From the NCBI RefSeq assembly GCF_009914755.1, contig NC_060931.1: DNA of 64,000 nt. One strand, 5' to 3'. This DNA is from the human T2T-CHM13v2.0 reference genome, Homo sapiens. Both the position numbers and the translations under genes were made by a program. The notes under the pieces are model-generated. The model was not told the DNA's origin. It saw only the letters and a program-made list of their open reading frames with translations, and searched no databases. Shown here piece after piece: positions 33,323-48,689 of this stretch; positions within the stretch are counted from its first letter, which is position 1; the number at the start of each line of letters is the position of its first letter.

Positions 33323-36179
33323 TTAGAAATGTCTTAAGAATTGCCAACATACATGTTTTGTTTTGCATTTATTAATCAAACAATTTCATACTTATCCCTG
33401 ACAAATACTGTAAGATGTCGAAATTTGTCATAGCGGTTTCAAAACTATAAACCCAGCCCAAAACAGAATGATGTTTTTGTAATTTTTAATAAATAAGACA
33501 TTGATAGGGGTTTATTGAAAATAGCTGCATCTTGAATTTAGTAAGATTACCATAACTTCTAAGCCTGTGGTTTTAGGCAGTCTAGTCCATTGGCATAAGG
33601 AGGTTTGTTTTGAGAAAGCACTGTTATCTTTGTTTCACAGCTATAAACTAAGTTCCTCCCAAAGTTAGTTCAGCTGATGCTCAGGAATGAACAAGTACAC
33701 TGTGGAGGCTAAGAGCAAGATGGAGTTAGTTAGGTCAAATCTTGTTTCACTTTCAGTTATAATTTTGCAATAGCAGTTTCATAACTTTAAATTCATGATT
33801 ATCAGTTTTCATAAATAATCTAGGTAAACAATTAAAATAACTAGGTACATGTAATAGGATAAATACTTACAGACAAACCGGTCATAATTTAGAATATAAA
33901 GTTATATTAAATTAAATAATAGATACTTCATTATTTGGGTATTTTCCAATAAATATATATTGTAGGAAAATGTTCTTGCAAAAAAAAAAAGTATGTCCTT
34001 TTTTAAAAAAAGATTAAAAATTTGTGTCTAATTCAAAGCTTATTTAAAGATTATATATAAAACAACGTAAAAGGAACCAGGAAATAAACTTTCTAAATTA
34101 ACTAAGACCTGTCCCAAATTTTCAGGGTTCACAATGTACAGACTTGTTGCATATGCATATATTGTGTAATGGTGAGGTTTGGGCTTCAAGTGGACCCATC
34201 ACCGAAATTACAAATGTTGTTCTTTTATTACTACCTAAGCTAAACTTCCACTTAGCTCTTAGACCATTAGACTCCTGTGGCTGGCAATGTAACACCACTT
34301 ACTATGACAACAGGAAGCTTTTGGCTAAAATAATTTTCATTTCATTATAGGGGAACTTTCTCATGTCCTATCTTTGCAGTCACCTATGCTTCTTTGTCTT
34401 GCATTATGCCTACCTACATTGAGACCAACGCCAGACATCTCCCCAACATCCACTCTTATGGTGGACCTTTCATTATGATATAAACCGGCTGGAAATTCAC
34501 TGAAGCATTTTTCAGTACTACCTTTTCTAACATGCAAGGGATTTTAAGAAAATTAATATGGTAACCATTTGTATTTATTCGCCAATAAATATTTGAACCT
34601 ATATCCTGTGTCAGGCACTATTTTGTTTGTGGAATGCATCCATGAAAACAACAAAGATCTCTGCTTTTGCAGAGTTTACACCCTAAAATTGCCTCTTAAA
34701 ATGTTAATAGGGATTAACTTTGTAACTACAGTAGTTATAACATACCTGTGTGCCACCCTTTCCACATTTCTACTGCATTCGGGGGTCCAAGGTCGCCATC
34801 CTAGGAGAGCTTATGAGTGTTCTGGTTTTTTACGAAAGTGTGAGAGTCATCCTCATAGGGTAGGTCACATGGGGGCCAGGAGAGAGTTGAAGCACAAATA
34901 GTCAAATGCCTGCCAGGTAATACCTGGCATTATTCTGACAGCATCCATGGAAGGCCCACACCCCACAGGAGGTGGCAGAGCCACATAGTTTTTCTTCCAG
35001 AACAGTTTGTGTTATTCCCTCCAATGAAATGGTCTACAAATATGGGCTAAGTTCTCCCTGGGTGCTTCCCTGGTGTGGCCCAAAAAGTACTGGCCTCTGT
35101 CTAAGAGGGAGCCTCATTCCCTCCCTCACTTCCTACCAGGTCAGACCTCCTCCTCTCCTAGCCCACACCCCAACTCCTCTAGGATCCACTGGTTTCTTCA
35201 CAAACCCAAGAGCAGGTGAGGATGACAGTGGTCTCTTACTTCCTCTACACGCCTACCTCCTTCTAGTTCTATTGTTATGCCATATACTACCCTGTGCCTT
35301 CCTATCCTCAAGATTTACCTTTGATTCTCAAAAGTCCTGTCCTATACGTTGAATAAAACTTGAACTTTGACTTTGTACAGCTCCTTTTACTCACTCCACA
35401 CGAGTCCCTTCTTTGGCAGGCAATGTGTTGCCTCTGACTGACTTGGGAAAAGTAAATTTTCAAGTGATCAGGTATAAAAAGCACAAAGTTGATTGTTTCT
35501 TGATACTGTCCTATTGTCACAGCTTCTCTTAAAGCAATGTGCCAACTCTAGGAAACTCTGAGGAACAAAACATGTACCCATCCTTTGAGACAACACCTGT
35601 ATTACCTCTAGTATCTGCCTTTTGAAATCCAATGTATCCTAAAGTTTCCTCTACAATATATGCTCCTCAGGAAAACCCTTCTCACCCCACCCGATACACA
35701 CAAGTGGGTATAAGTATTAAGAATACTCTCACGAATGCCTCCAATGCAGGAGCCAATGGGCTCTCCATAAAACTAAATCTTCTGTCTCCTCTACCCTTGT
35801 TCCTTAAAGTAGCATCAGCATCGCCTGGGAGTCCATGCAAGTTCTATAGAAATGTGAAATCTCAGCCCCCTCCCACACTTCCCGAACTGGGATCTGCAGC
35901 AAGACCTTCAGGTGGTTCATCTGCACACTGCAGTGTGGGAAGCTCTGCTCCTAGCGCCACCAGCACATGAAGAGTGGGCCTCAGAATCACACCCTCCCGT
36001 CCTCCAGTCTCACTGCCTTGCCTCAGTGAGTCTCACTACCTTGCCTCACTACTCTCAGGAAAAGAAGGGCAAAAACCATCATGCCCTTAATTCCTACTCC
36101 TTTCAGAAGACCAAGACTCCTGACCATCCCTTATAAGCTGCTCTCTTATTTCTCTTTTTCTGATTCCATCTTTCACCCT

Positions 36180-37600
36180 TCCTTAACTCCCGAAACCCTT
36201 CCATGCTGCCCATCAGAATCCACGGTCAGTTATAGAGAATCTCAAACACTTCAACCTCATTTCAGAACATTTCCTTTCCCCTTATGCTGTTCCAGCACTG
36301 GATAGCCAGCAGCCCTATCCATGGAGATTTCATTCCCTCTCCCATCCTACTCACAAGGCTGGGGCTGGAGGGCAGGCAGCTTCTCCTTGTTCCTCAAAGC
36401 AACTTCGAGATCATCCTCTTCCCACAGCTCCACCCTCCAGTTCTGACACGTGTATCATCAGTCAGCAGCATCCACTATCCCTCCTAACAGTATTCATCTG
36501 AAACAGCACTCACCTCCGGTCATTGTGCCCTCACACCATGCCCCAGAAGACTTTGGCTCCAGGCTTGCTGTCCTTCTTTCCAACCCTACTTCTATGGTAA
36601 TTCACGGTAATTTAATACCCACAAACATAATCCTTCTCAATACACTGGCCTCCCAGCTTCTTGACTTCCTCACCTCCAAGAATCTTGATTTTCAACCTGT
36701 ATTAGCTACTGAATCCCATGGTCTTTCCAATGTTACAACTGGTCATTACCAATAACTACAGGCCCTCCATAATTCGATTCCAAGCATTGTACTTTGCAAC
36801 CAGCAATTCTACCTTTCTAGTTAATTCTCCTTAGGACCCCAATTTAAACAAACCTGTACCTCTCTGGTACACACAGTCTATGTTGTCCCTCACGCACATC
36901 TTGCCTTCTATTTCTTACCTAGCTTGAATTCCATGGAACTACTCTATCATTCTCTGACATGTGTCCTCAACCTCACTGCCTCCTCCCGTCTTCTCCTCCT
37001 TGGAAAGAGTCTGATTCTGTACCCATATTCTCCCTCATCAGCAAGAATGAGCTATTCCCACTACCACTTGAACCAGACTCCCTTTCTTCTCACCCCCTCC
37101 TCATCAATTTTCCCCTCAGACCATTCCTATCACCATAAAAACACTGTTAGTTCTCTCATATTAAAAATAAATCCTCTCTCAACCCGAATACCCCTTTAAC
37201 CTATTGCCCTTTACAAAAATCACAGGAGCAGTTTGTCCATACTCCTCAACTCCCCTCATTGTCTTTTGAACCACCCCAGCCAGGCCCTCCAGATTATAAC
37301 CAACCTCTACATTGCTAAGCCTGTGTCAAACCTCGATCTTTATCTCACATAACCTACCAGCAGCATTTGGCTCACCTGCTCACTGATTCCTGGAAACCTT
37401 TCTTCTGGCTTCATGATTCCCAAATCATTATCTCTAGTTGAAACACCTCCTCGGAACTCCAGACCGGTATATCCAACCGCACATTCAACCTCTACTTCAC
37501 TAATAGGCATTTCAAACCAGCATTCCCCAAACCAAACTCCTAGCCATTCTCCAACATCTACCCTTCTCATCTTCCCCATTTTAGCAACTGCAGTATCACC
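36180..37600 (+). mobile_element. L2 remnant (ORF2/3' region)
   Basis: C/T-rich L2-like text, e.g. cctggaactccagac...atatccaac...atctctact...aataggcatttcaaac-type motifs. Confidence 0.65.
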
Positions 37601-37667
37601 AGGCTTTCATTGTTTGTCAGTGATATGCATGTAATTATTCACAAAGGAGAACTATTTTGGTGCCTAG

Positions 37668-38004
<337 letters not shown>

Positions 38005-39913
38005 GCACTTTATTCTTTTACGTTGACAGGAGATGACTTATTGTCAGTTAGAATTAACTCCTCAGAGATAAGAGAGGTCTGAGTAAATAATGCATTGGTA
38101 GTTGCCTTAAAAAAGAATCAGAAATACAAAGAGTTTTATTTTACTCACCTCTATCCTGCTCTGCTTGGTTGCCTGAGCTAAGCATTTAATGAACTTAGAA
38201 TGAGAATTGTGCAGTCGTACTTCAGAAGTATTCTTTTCTGAATGAGGCTGTCCACATTTCTGAGTAGCTACATGCAGCTAGTTACATGGGAGCATTTTCT
38301 ACTACAAAAGTCATAATACAACAAGCTAGTGACCTCCAGCTGGGCTTTAGCTGAAAAGACGAGCTGTGTGGCTGGGTAACGTTTCTCAATCTCAATTGAT
38401 GTTAAGAATCACCATCTAAGAGCATTTTTATAAAGCAAAGAATCCAAGGCCCAACATCTAGAGATGCTGATGTGGTAGATCTAAGGTGGGGCAAGTGCCC
38501 ATGTGAGTCTCATATTTGAGAAAGGTGGAAAGCACTGGTCAGTGAAGATGAGACTGGGTAATCCTATAAGAAGCTGACAATATTAATAATAATACACACA
38601 AAAGTTACAAATGTTAGGTGAAAATATTCATACAGTAAAATTACTATCATTGAGAATTCCTTCATCCCAAAATACCATAATGTAAATGAAAACACCTGCC
38701 AAAACAAAAGAAGACAGGCACAATGTACTAATAGGAGAATGTAGAGCAGGAGTCTCTTACTGGAGGGGTAGAAATTAGCATGACTTCAGAAAATGATGGG
38801 CATTACCAAGGCTGAACATGGACATAATTTGACACTGCAGTTTTACTTAGGTATGAGACCAAATGAAATGCTTGCACAGCTATACCAGAAGACATGTATA
38901 CCCACATTCTTAGCAAGAAAACTTGGAAGAAAAATTGTTGAAAGCAAAAAACTGAAAACAACCCAAACGTCCATCAATAATAAAACAAATGAAAAAGTTA
39001 CAGAATAATTTCATAACAGTAAGTTATATACCAGTGCAAATAAATGGACCACAGTTACTGCAGCTATGTTATCTGCATGCATGAACCTCAAAAATACTCT
39101 TTTTAGAGAGAAGGCAAGTCACAAACGAATACAAACAGCGTGATTCCAATTACATGATGTTAAAAACAAGTGAACAAAAACGTGTTGTTCACGTACCCAT
39201 ACACGTGGTACACAACCTGAAGAAAAACGAGATGACTTTGCTTGCAAAGAAGAGAAACTGGGGAACTGCCACAGGAAGGGCATTAGTATGTTTTGCTACA
39301 GGTACTTAACAAACAGAAAATGTTTAAGAAATTCCTTCAGGTGATTCATGCATGGTGAAGTTTAATACTGTTTCACAGTATATAGCTCTCATATATGCTA
39401 GGAGTAGGGTGAATAAGAAAAATATACTTATTCTTTCCTACTTAAGAAATGCAACTGTTGCTTGTGAAGGTTACTCTGCTCTATCACCAGAATTCTTGGT
39501 CAGCCCTCATTTCATTTGCATGTATACATACAAAATATGTATGTAATACCTTATCCGCTCATGTGTCAAGAACCAAGTAAGTCATCAAAATAATCAGCCT
39601 AAATGTATGCTATAATAGGAATTTACAATTATGTCAAAAAATATTAATGTTCAGAATCATCTTAACCAACAACATAACACACATTTGCCAGCACCAAGTC
39701 TACATTTCAGAATTTCTACCGTGTTTAAAATATACACGTATATAGGTGCATGTATGTAAATGTCTATCTATATATACATATATGTAAACATACACAAGTA
39801 TACACGCACTTGCATATATATGCACATACAATTTTGGCCTTTAAGCAGCTAATAGCTATAAATGTGACTATATGGTCTCCTTAGGCTTAGAGATGACCAA
39901 ATTTTCACCGTAC

Positions 39914-40206
39914 TTTTTTTTTTTTTGAGATGGAGTCTTGCTCTGTGGTCCGGGCTAGAGTGCAGTGGCACGATCTTGGCTCACTGCAACCTCTGCCTCC
40001 CAGGTTCAAGCGATTCGCCTGCCTCAGCCTCCTGACTAGCTGGGATTATAGGCGCCCGCCACTGTATCTGGCTAATTTTTGTATTTTTAGTAGAGATGCG
40101 GTTTCACCATCTTGGCCAGGCTGGTCTCGAACTCCTGACGCCATGATCCACCCACCTCTGCCTCCCAAAGGGTGGGGATTAGAGGTGTGAGCCACCGCAC
40201 CCGGCC
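39914..40206 (-). mobile_element. Alu (AluS)
   Basis: Antisense dimer; TSD tttcacYgta. Confidence 0.95.
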
Positions 40207-40554
40207 TTTCACTGTATTTTTATCTTTGAAGACATCAATTCATTCAAGATTGAAACACTGTCAACATTTCATTAAGTAGGCAAAAAAATTTGTTACTGTT
40301 ACTACAAAAACAGACCAGAATCTCTGAACCGTGGATTCCAAAACTGAGGAATACTGCCCAGCCACACTAATTAGACACTTCCCTACCCTACTGAGGATGA
40401 AAGAACATGTAAACATGTGTTTTGCTAACAAATTTTTTAAAAATATTAGAAGTAGGGAAATAAAGCAATAACTAAACACTGAATGAACAAATTGAAGCAA
40501 TGCAATTGCTTTTTTAAAAAAGGGGGAATAAACTCAAATTTAAATTACTGCTTG

Positions 40555-40847
40555 TATTTTATTTTTAGAGACAAGATCTCACTCTGTCACCCAGGCTGAG
40601 TGCAGTGGTGCAATCATGGCTCACTGCAGCCTCAAACTCCTGGGCACAAGAGATCCTCCCACCTCAGCCTCCTAAACAGCTGGATCTACAGGTGCATGCC
40701 ACCACACCAGGCTATTAAAAATTTTTTGTAGCGTTGAGGTCTTGCTATGTTGCCCAAGCTGGCCTTGAACTCCTGGGTCTCAAGCAATTCTCCTGTGTAG
40801 GCCTCCCAAAGTGCTACGGTTACAGATGTGAGCCATTGCACCTGGCT
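40555..40847 (-). mobile_element. AluJ
   Basis: GCAGCCTCAAACTCCTGGG / GATCCTCCCACCTCAGCC J-type diagnostics. Confidence 0.9.
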
Positions 40848-41063
40848 TCACTTTTTTTTTAAAGGGGAAAGAGGATAAGTCCCCTTTTCATTTCAGACTC
40901 TTATCAGTGAATTCTTAATAAAATTCAGAACTCCAGTGTTCAAGATAGAGTGACTGATTTAGTACATCTATAAGAGGACCTCTCACTTTTAAGTTTTAAC
41001 CATAACTCTAGGAAACTATTTCAAGTAGCTTCTAAACTATAATAATTTTGACTATTTAAAATT

Positions 41064-41302
<239 letters not shown>

Positions 41303-41414
41303 TTAAGTGCTTACAGAAAAACTCCTACCCTGCCCTCAAATTCTAATAGGGAATCACCACCTTTTACTTGCTGTTTTGTCTTGGACCATAGATAAACATT
41401 TATCTGATAGCAGA

Positions 41415-42042
41415 TGCTATAACTTGAATTTTTATGTCCCTCAAAAATTCATGTTGAAATTCAATCTCCAGACAAGCACAGTGGCTTAGCCGGGTAATCA
41501 CAGTGCTTTGGGAGCCGAGGTGGGAGGACTGCTTGAGGCCAGGAGTTCAAGACCAGCCTGGGCAACACAGCGATACCCTATCTCTACAAAAAATTAGACA
41601 GACATGGTGGCATGTGCCTGTAGTCCCAGCTACTCAGGAGGCTGAAGCAGGAGGATGGCTTGAGCTCAGGAGTTTGAGGTCGCAGTGAGCTATAACCTGG
41701 GCGACAGAGCAAGACACACATACATACATATATATAAAGAAATTTAATCTCCAATGTAATAGTATTAAGAGGTAGGGCCTTTAAGAGGTGAGGAGGTCAC
41801 AAGGGCTCTTCTCTCATGAATGGGATGAAGGCCCTTTGCCTGTCTATCCCTTTTGCCATGTGAGGACACAACATTTAAGCCACCAGCTTGTAAGCAGAGG
41901 CCAGGCCCTCACCGGACACCAAACCTGCTGGTACCTTGATCTTGGACTTCCCAGTCTCCAGAACTGTGAGAATAAATTTCTATTATTTATAAATTACCCA
42001 GTCTCAGGTATTTTGTAATACTAGCACAAAGGGGCTAAAACA
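41415..42042 (+). mobile_element. MaLR LTR (MLT1A/MST-like) with nested AluJ (41471-41735)
   Basis: TGCTATAACTTGAAT...GGACTTCCCAGTCTCCAGAACTGTGAGAATAAA; Alu TSD gaaattYaatctcca. Confidence 0.85.
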
Positions 42043-42169
42043 GAAGAGCTCTCAGAAAGTGTAATATTTCACCAAACCCTTTCATTTCTCTTATAAACCA
42101 AATTATTCAGAGAAAGAAACTACTATTTTTTATCGTTGAAATGTGATAAGTATCTATGACAGAAAAAAG

Positions 42170-42336
42170 AGATATTCATTTACTTTGAAATTACTTTAAT
42201 TTAGAAATAGAAAACATCTTGAAAGGAAAAAAAAAAACCCACAAAACATACAGGCAAATTTGTATTCTGTGAGTTTCTCACACCCTCACACTTGTTCACC
42301 AATCTCTAAGATGAAAAACTCTCTTCCAAAATGTAT
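42170..42336 (-). other. SEC61G: SEC61G 3' UTR with ATTAAA polyadenylation signal at 42195-42200
   Basis: Plus-strand TTTAAT at 42195-42200, about 140 nt after the stop. The cleavage site is estimated. Confidence 0.75.
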
Positions 42337-42346
42337 TCAGCCACCA
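42337..42346 (-). CDS. SEC61G: SEC61G exon 4 coding end (VGG-stop)
   Basis: Acceptor TCTTTCTTTTACAG|T GGT GGC TGA. Total CDS 94+103+10 = 207 nt = 68 aa plus stop. Confidence 0.96.
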
Positions 42347-42933
42347 CTGTAAAAGAAAGAAAAATTATTACTTCTGAGCATAGATAAGATTTTAATAATT
42401 ATTATTATTTGAAATGCAATATGCTATAACTTTAACGGCTCAAGACCAATTATGTGAATCCCACCTAACTTCATCTAAAGATGGCATAAAAGAATGGCAC
42501 AATGAACTTTAAAATCCTGGACCTGAAAAGATGATGTGGCTACTGGAAGAGGTCTATGTGTAAACTCACAATGCTCATTCAGGAAATGCCATTTTGGAAT
42601 AGTCTAGCATAACGCCTTTCTGAACACAACAAAAAATATCAACTACATGACAGGATGGTTAGTTGAGAAGCTTTTCAAGTTGATAAAGTTGACACACCAG
42701 TAGAACACACCAGCAGAAAACAGACTGCAGATGAGCACAAGGTACTCAAGCACTGCATCTTACCATAATCATTCCAAAATCTGGGTTAGTCATGATGAAA
42801 ACAAAAATCACCTTTTCTACAGAAGAACTTCTGAGTTTTAAAAGCATAAACATTAAAACTGCATAGTCAGATATACATTTTAGTAATGTTAAAGCAAAAT
42901 AATTCCATTACCAGAAGAAAATTATATAAAATA

Positions 42934-43271
<338 letters not shown>

Positions 43272-45703
43272 TTAGCATTTTAAATGCTTATGCTATTAAA
43301 TAGTATTGCTATAACTAAAAGGCCAGCAAGTGCCTATTTTAAATTCTAATACTGTGAATATTAATTTTGATTGCTATACTTAGAAAAAAAAGAAGAAAAA
43401 AATCTTAAGAAAAAACTGATAATTCAACCCAATGAGTTATTTCCCTTGCTACCATCTCAAAATGATTTAAACAATGATTATCCTCTTTCAAGCAGGGAAA
43501 GCAAGATTCCTTTCAGTTTTACAGCTGTCCTGGCATAACATGAGAAAAGAGTAAGTTTTCTGTAGTGTCTCTCACAAAATGTTTTAATTGGCCTTCATGT
43601 TAAGGTAAAAAATATCTAAAGATAGATTTTTTAACTTCTTAAACATTGAAACCATTTTTTTTAACTAGAAGAAAAGTTTTCTAAGTAACTAGCTTCTGAA
43701 AGATTTCCCGTGTTGCTCTATCACTAGCCATGCAATCTGAGTAGATTACTTAGCCTCCCCATGCCTGTTTCCTCATGAAGATTAAATGAGTTGACACACA
43801 GTCATGGAAAGTTCTCAATGAATGTTAACTATTATTATTGCCACCATCACCATTAAAAAGACAAGAACCTGAAGTTGTTCACTTAATTCAACAAACACTT
43901 ATTCAGTGCTTTTAACGGATACAAGGGGGCTCTGGACCAGACTCTATAGGAGAGACATACAATATAAATAACAAGGCAGGCCTGCCTCACAACTCATAAT
44001 CTAATATGAAAAGACGGACCTGAGTATGACCCAAGGCAGACAATGATGTCTGGCAAAAGGGACAAAAATATAGGTTAAGTGAAGGCCGGGGAAAAAATTT
44101 GAAAGGTGCTTGTATACCAAAAAATTGGAAAAGGTGGGCTTACGTGTTCTTCTGAAAGGTACAACTAAGAACAATGAAGGGTGATTATCACAGGAAACTA
44201 ATTTTGTTATCATTTTAAAGAAACACTTCCTATCAATAAATCTGTCTCATGACAGAATGGGAAGCAGAAAGAGCAGAGGCACCGAGTATGAAAAAGAAGG
44301 GACTTGACAGAGACTCTGCCACTTCTTTTTACTGATTTCCTCATTCTACTTCAGTATTCTCCCCGTGATTCCACAGTTCTACAGTTGGCATTTCTCACTG
44401 GTAAAATACAAGGGATTTCTGAACTGACAAATGAGATATCAGTGACTTGGGCCCATCTAGTTCTAACTATTTATGATCCTGAATATCACTTTGTGGCACT
44501 TCTGCCTTAATAACTATGGTAACCTACTTCAGAAATCCCTCTGACAATATACATTGTTACTTGTCATTTAAAAGGCAACCTGTACCAGTACCTGGGATAA
44601 AATACCTAGTATTTAGGAGATTTATAGTTTAGAAATTTTTTAAATCATTGCTTCAAACTTCACCACCCCATAAAATCAATTGATATTACTGATTGATTTC
44701 AATACCATATGGAAGTTCTCAATGAATGTTAATTATTATTGCCACCATCACCATCAGAAAAGGCAAAGAACCTGAAGTTGTTCACTTAATTCAACTAACA
44801 CTTATTCAGTGCTTTTAATGGATACAAGCACTGATACACCTGATATTATTATCAGGTAATAATAGATTTTATTACCTCCAAACAGTGGATGAGGCTGAGA
44901 TTAAATGCATACAAAATCACAAAGTAAGTACTGAAACTCATACTAAGTCCTTACCCTAAACTGAATTACCTAATTGCTCTAATTGCTCAATGCCACAAGG
45001 TGTCCCAATGACTTGTAATGAATTTAAAAAGCAAAATTATTTGGAAACAAATAAAGTGATCCCAGTGTTTCTCAGCCTTTTTTGCCTCCTAACATACTTA
45101 AAAGTTATGATATTCTCCTATCAGTATCAATGGCTCATTATAGTAACAACTTTCACTTGTATTCTTACCCAAATTGTTTCTGGGGCCTTACATGACTTAA
45201 AGTCATAATCCAAGTAAGAACTATTATCCCCACTGAATAAACTGGGCACAGAGAGGTTAGGCAAATTGCCTGAAGCTAGGACAGCTACTGCATAACAAGA
45301 AAAAGGTTTTGGATCTAGGCAATCTGGTCCAGAGTTAGAATTCTATCACAGCAGTGATTTTTGGATGGGAAGCATTTGCTCTGCACATTAGAAATTAACA
45401 AGGTAACAGCACAAAGAGGACTTAGGTTTCAATGCTGGCTTTGTGACATATGAGTGTCTTTAATACTTTCTTGACTCTGTAAAATTTTATTTATTAAAGA
45501 AAATAGTGCCTAGCACACAGAATTTCTGGACAGATCATGTAAGATCTAAAAGCCCTCAATTATCAGGTACTCGTAAATATCAGTAGACTCCAACAGCACT
45601 AAAAAGTCAAGAGATGCATCTCTATATTAACGAAATAACAGCCTGTCATCTCAAATGGTTTTGAGTTTCATTCAATCCTAGTCTATTTCATAAAGTTTAC
45701 TTA

Positions 45704-45847
<144 letters not shown>

Positions 45848-46298
45848 TCACTGAAAGTATGGGAAAAAAACTATCAGCAACATAAATGAACTTAACTAGT
45901 ATACATTTCTCCTGTTAATAGATATATAATTTAAAAATAAAAAGGTGAGACTATTAACAGTAAACAAGTTGTTTGACAGGTTTTAAAATTTCCATGTTTT
46001 GTTGATATTTAAGGAAACAAATAATAATGCATATCTGTCCTAGTGAGTTCATCAGCAAGTACTAAAAATATTTTTTCTTCTTAGCAAATGACCAGAAAAT
46101 ACCAAAAACAAAAAAAGGTCATGGATGAAAGAAATATACATTATTTTTCTTAAGTTTTAAAATGTAACATTGTAATTTTTATCATAACATATCAATTATA
46201 TGGGCAGAAACATACCTTTTTTGGGTACATTATAAACGATGGGTCCGGTGCCTTTGCTATTATGATGAAGCCAAAAATAAGACTTGAAAAATCAAACT

Positions 46299-46577
46299 GG
46301 GCTGGGCCCAGTGGCTTGTGCCTGTAATCTCAGCACTTTGGGAGGCCGAAGTGGGCAGATCACCCGAGGTCAGGAGTTTAAGACCAGCCTGGCCAACATG
46401 GTGAAACCCTGGCTCCACTAAAAATACAAAAATTAGCCGGGCGTGGTGGCGCATGCCTGTAATCCCAGCTACTCAGGAGGCTGAGGCAGAATTGCTTGAA
46501 CCCAGGAGGCGGAGGTTGCAGTGAGCCGAGATCGCGTCACTGCACTTCAGCCTGGGCAACAGAGTGAGACTCTGTCT
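46299..46577 (+). mobile_element. Alu (AluS) in SEC61G intron 2, tail missing
   Basis: Dimer ending GAGACTCTGTCT without an A-run. Confidence 0.93.
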
Positions 46578-46825
46578 GAGTTGAGCACAATTTTATAAAA
46601 CATTACACTGGTAATGTTGTCATTTTATGTTACTTCCTAAGAGAAGCTTTCCCTGATCTCCTGACTTGGTTAGTCCTCCTATTATGTGCTGTCAAACTTC
46701 CTTCTAGTTATCTTCCATAATACTTAACACAGCAGTAATTAAAAAATATAACCGCAATAATTTGTTTATGACAGTCTTCCTTGGTAAGAGTCTAAGCTCC
46801 ATGACAGCAAGGACTATTCTCTTTA

Positions 46826-46965
46826 CTATATTATATACATGTTATATACTATATTATATACTATATACTATACTATATATATACTATATACTATATATAC
46901 TATATACTATATACTATATTATATACTATATACTATATTATATACATGTTATATTCTCTATTATA
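46826..46965. repeat. (TATAC/TA)n low-complexity repeat
   Basis: tatatactatatactata... Confidence 0.92.
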
Positions 46966-47358
46966 TTACCAGCTCCTAACTCAATGAATGAATAAAAGTA
47001 GACAAATTTAACACATGAATCATGATAAATAACAAAATTAACTTTCTAGTTTGGCAAAAACTATATTGTTGGTTTCATGTTAAGGTTTTGTTCGTTGGGG
47101 TGGGAGCTGAGTAGGGAGACTTCAAAGCTTTTCCAAAGAGAAAATATGTAAGATACTAAAAGTCATAAAATGTTACTAACTAAAATGTTACATGGAACAT
47201 AAGGCTGTAATAAATAATCTTACACCATTTGAAAATACATAAAAATTTAGACGAGTAAAAAATTTAGGAAGAAGTGACAACGTTAAAAAGCTGTCGCGCA
47301 GGATCAATCAATAAAAATGTTGATCAAAGTAATGCAAGGGCTATTAATCAAGATGTTA

Positions 47359-47577
<219 letters not shown>

Positions 47578-48689
47578 TCATTTATATAAAGATGTAAATG
47601 AGACCAGCCACTGAATTCACGTCTAACATGGGTCAATTCCACCTCCTAAAATAAAACAAAAAACAAACTCCAAAGCCTAAATTGATATTATTTTTGGAAA
47701 TTTCAGTTAATTATCAAAGGCAATAAGAAAAGCACAGATCTTACTCATGATATCTTCACTGACAAAGAACAGCACACGCAATATAAAAAGCCTATCTCTA
47801 TTAAAAGGTTAAAAAAGGTTACGCAATTGGTAACACATCCATTCCTTTTCTCACTCTGCAGTCCCATCCATTTCTCATTCTACAGTCCCCTCACCGCTCC
47901 TAAGGAACCATCAGTGTTGAGATCCAACAATTACTTTCCATATTTTATTTTAAACTACGCAGAAGCCAGTGTCTTGTACAGTGAATGCCAACTACGGTGC
48001 TGCAAGAGCCTAGAATAGAGGCAAACGTGAATTTCAACCTTGATTTTTCTAAAACGTGCCAATACAACATACTTTTCTAAAGTATAAAGAATGGCTAAAG
48101 GAAGACGCAAATTCTGAGAAGCTACTAGCTAAATTTCAAACTTTTCGATTTGAACACATCTTTTAAGGAAACAGGGCTATATATTTTACCATACAGGTTC
48201 TTTTGAGGAATCTATTACCCAATAGAAATGTTATCCGATCTTAGCTTTGAGAGCCACTGCTATAGTAAGTAAAGCAGCCAGGGTGTTATTTGTATTTTCC
48301 TCCATTTCCAGTACTCAGAACAGTGGCCAGGTGGTAGTTCAAATCACTGGCTATGGAATGTAAACCTCTGTAAGCCCCAGTTGCCTTCCTTAGTGTAGGG
48401 TGTGGACAACGAAATGAAATAATGTCAATGAAACACCAGGAATTCTGCAACGTTCTGGGGGCAAAAACACAGTAATGTCTGTTTTCTCAGTATTTCACTC
48501 AACTTTGCTCTTGAAATCCAAAGGGCTTAAACTTTTTGTAATCATAGTTGTCACGAAGGAAGCTAAGAATTCTTTATCCAGAAAAACGCACGCTACACAC
48601 AATACCGCACTCAATGTCAGGGGTAGAGATCCAAAAACCAACTATGATCTCTCGAACTAGACTCTAGACCAATGCTCTCACTTTAAACC

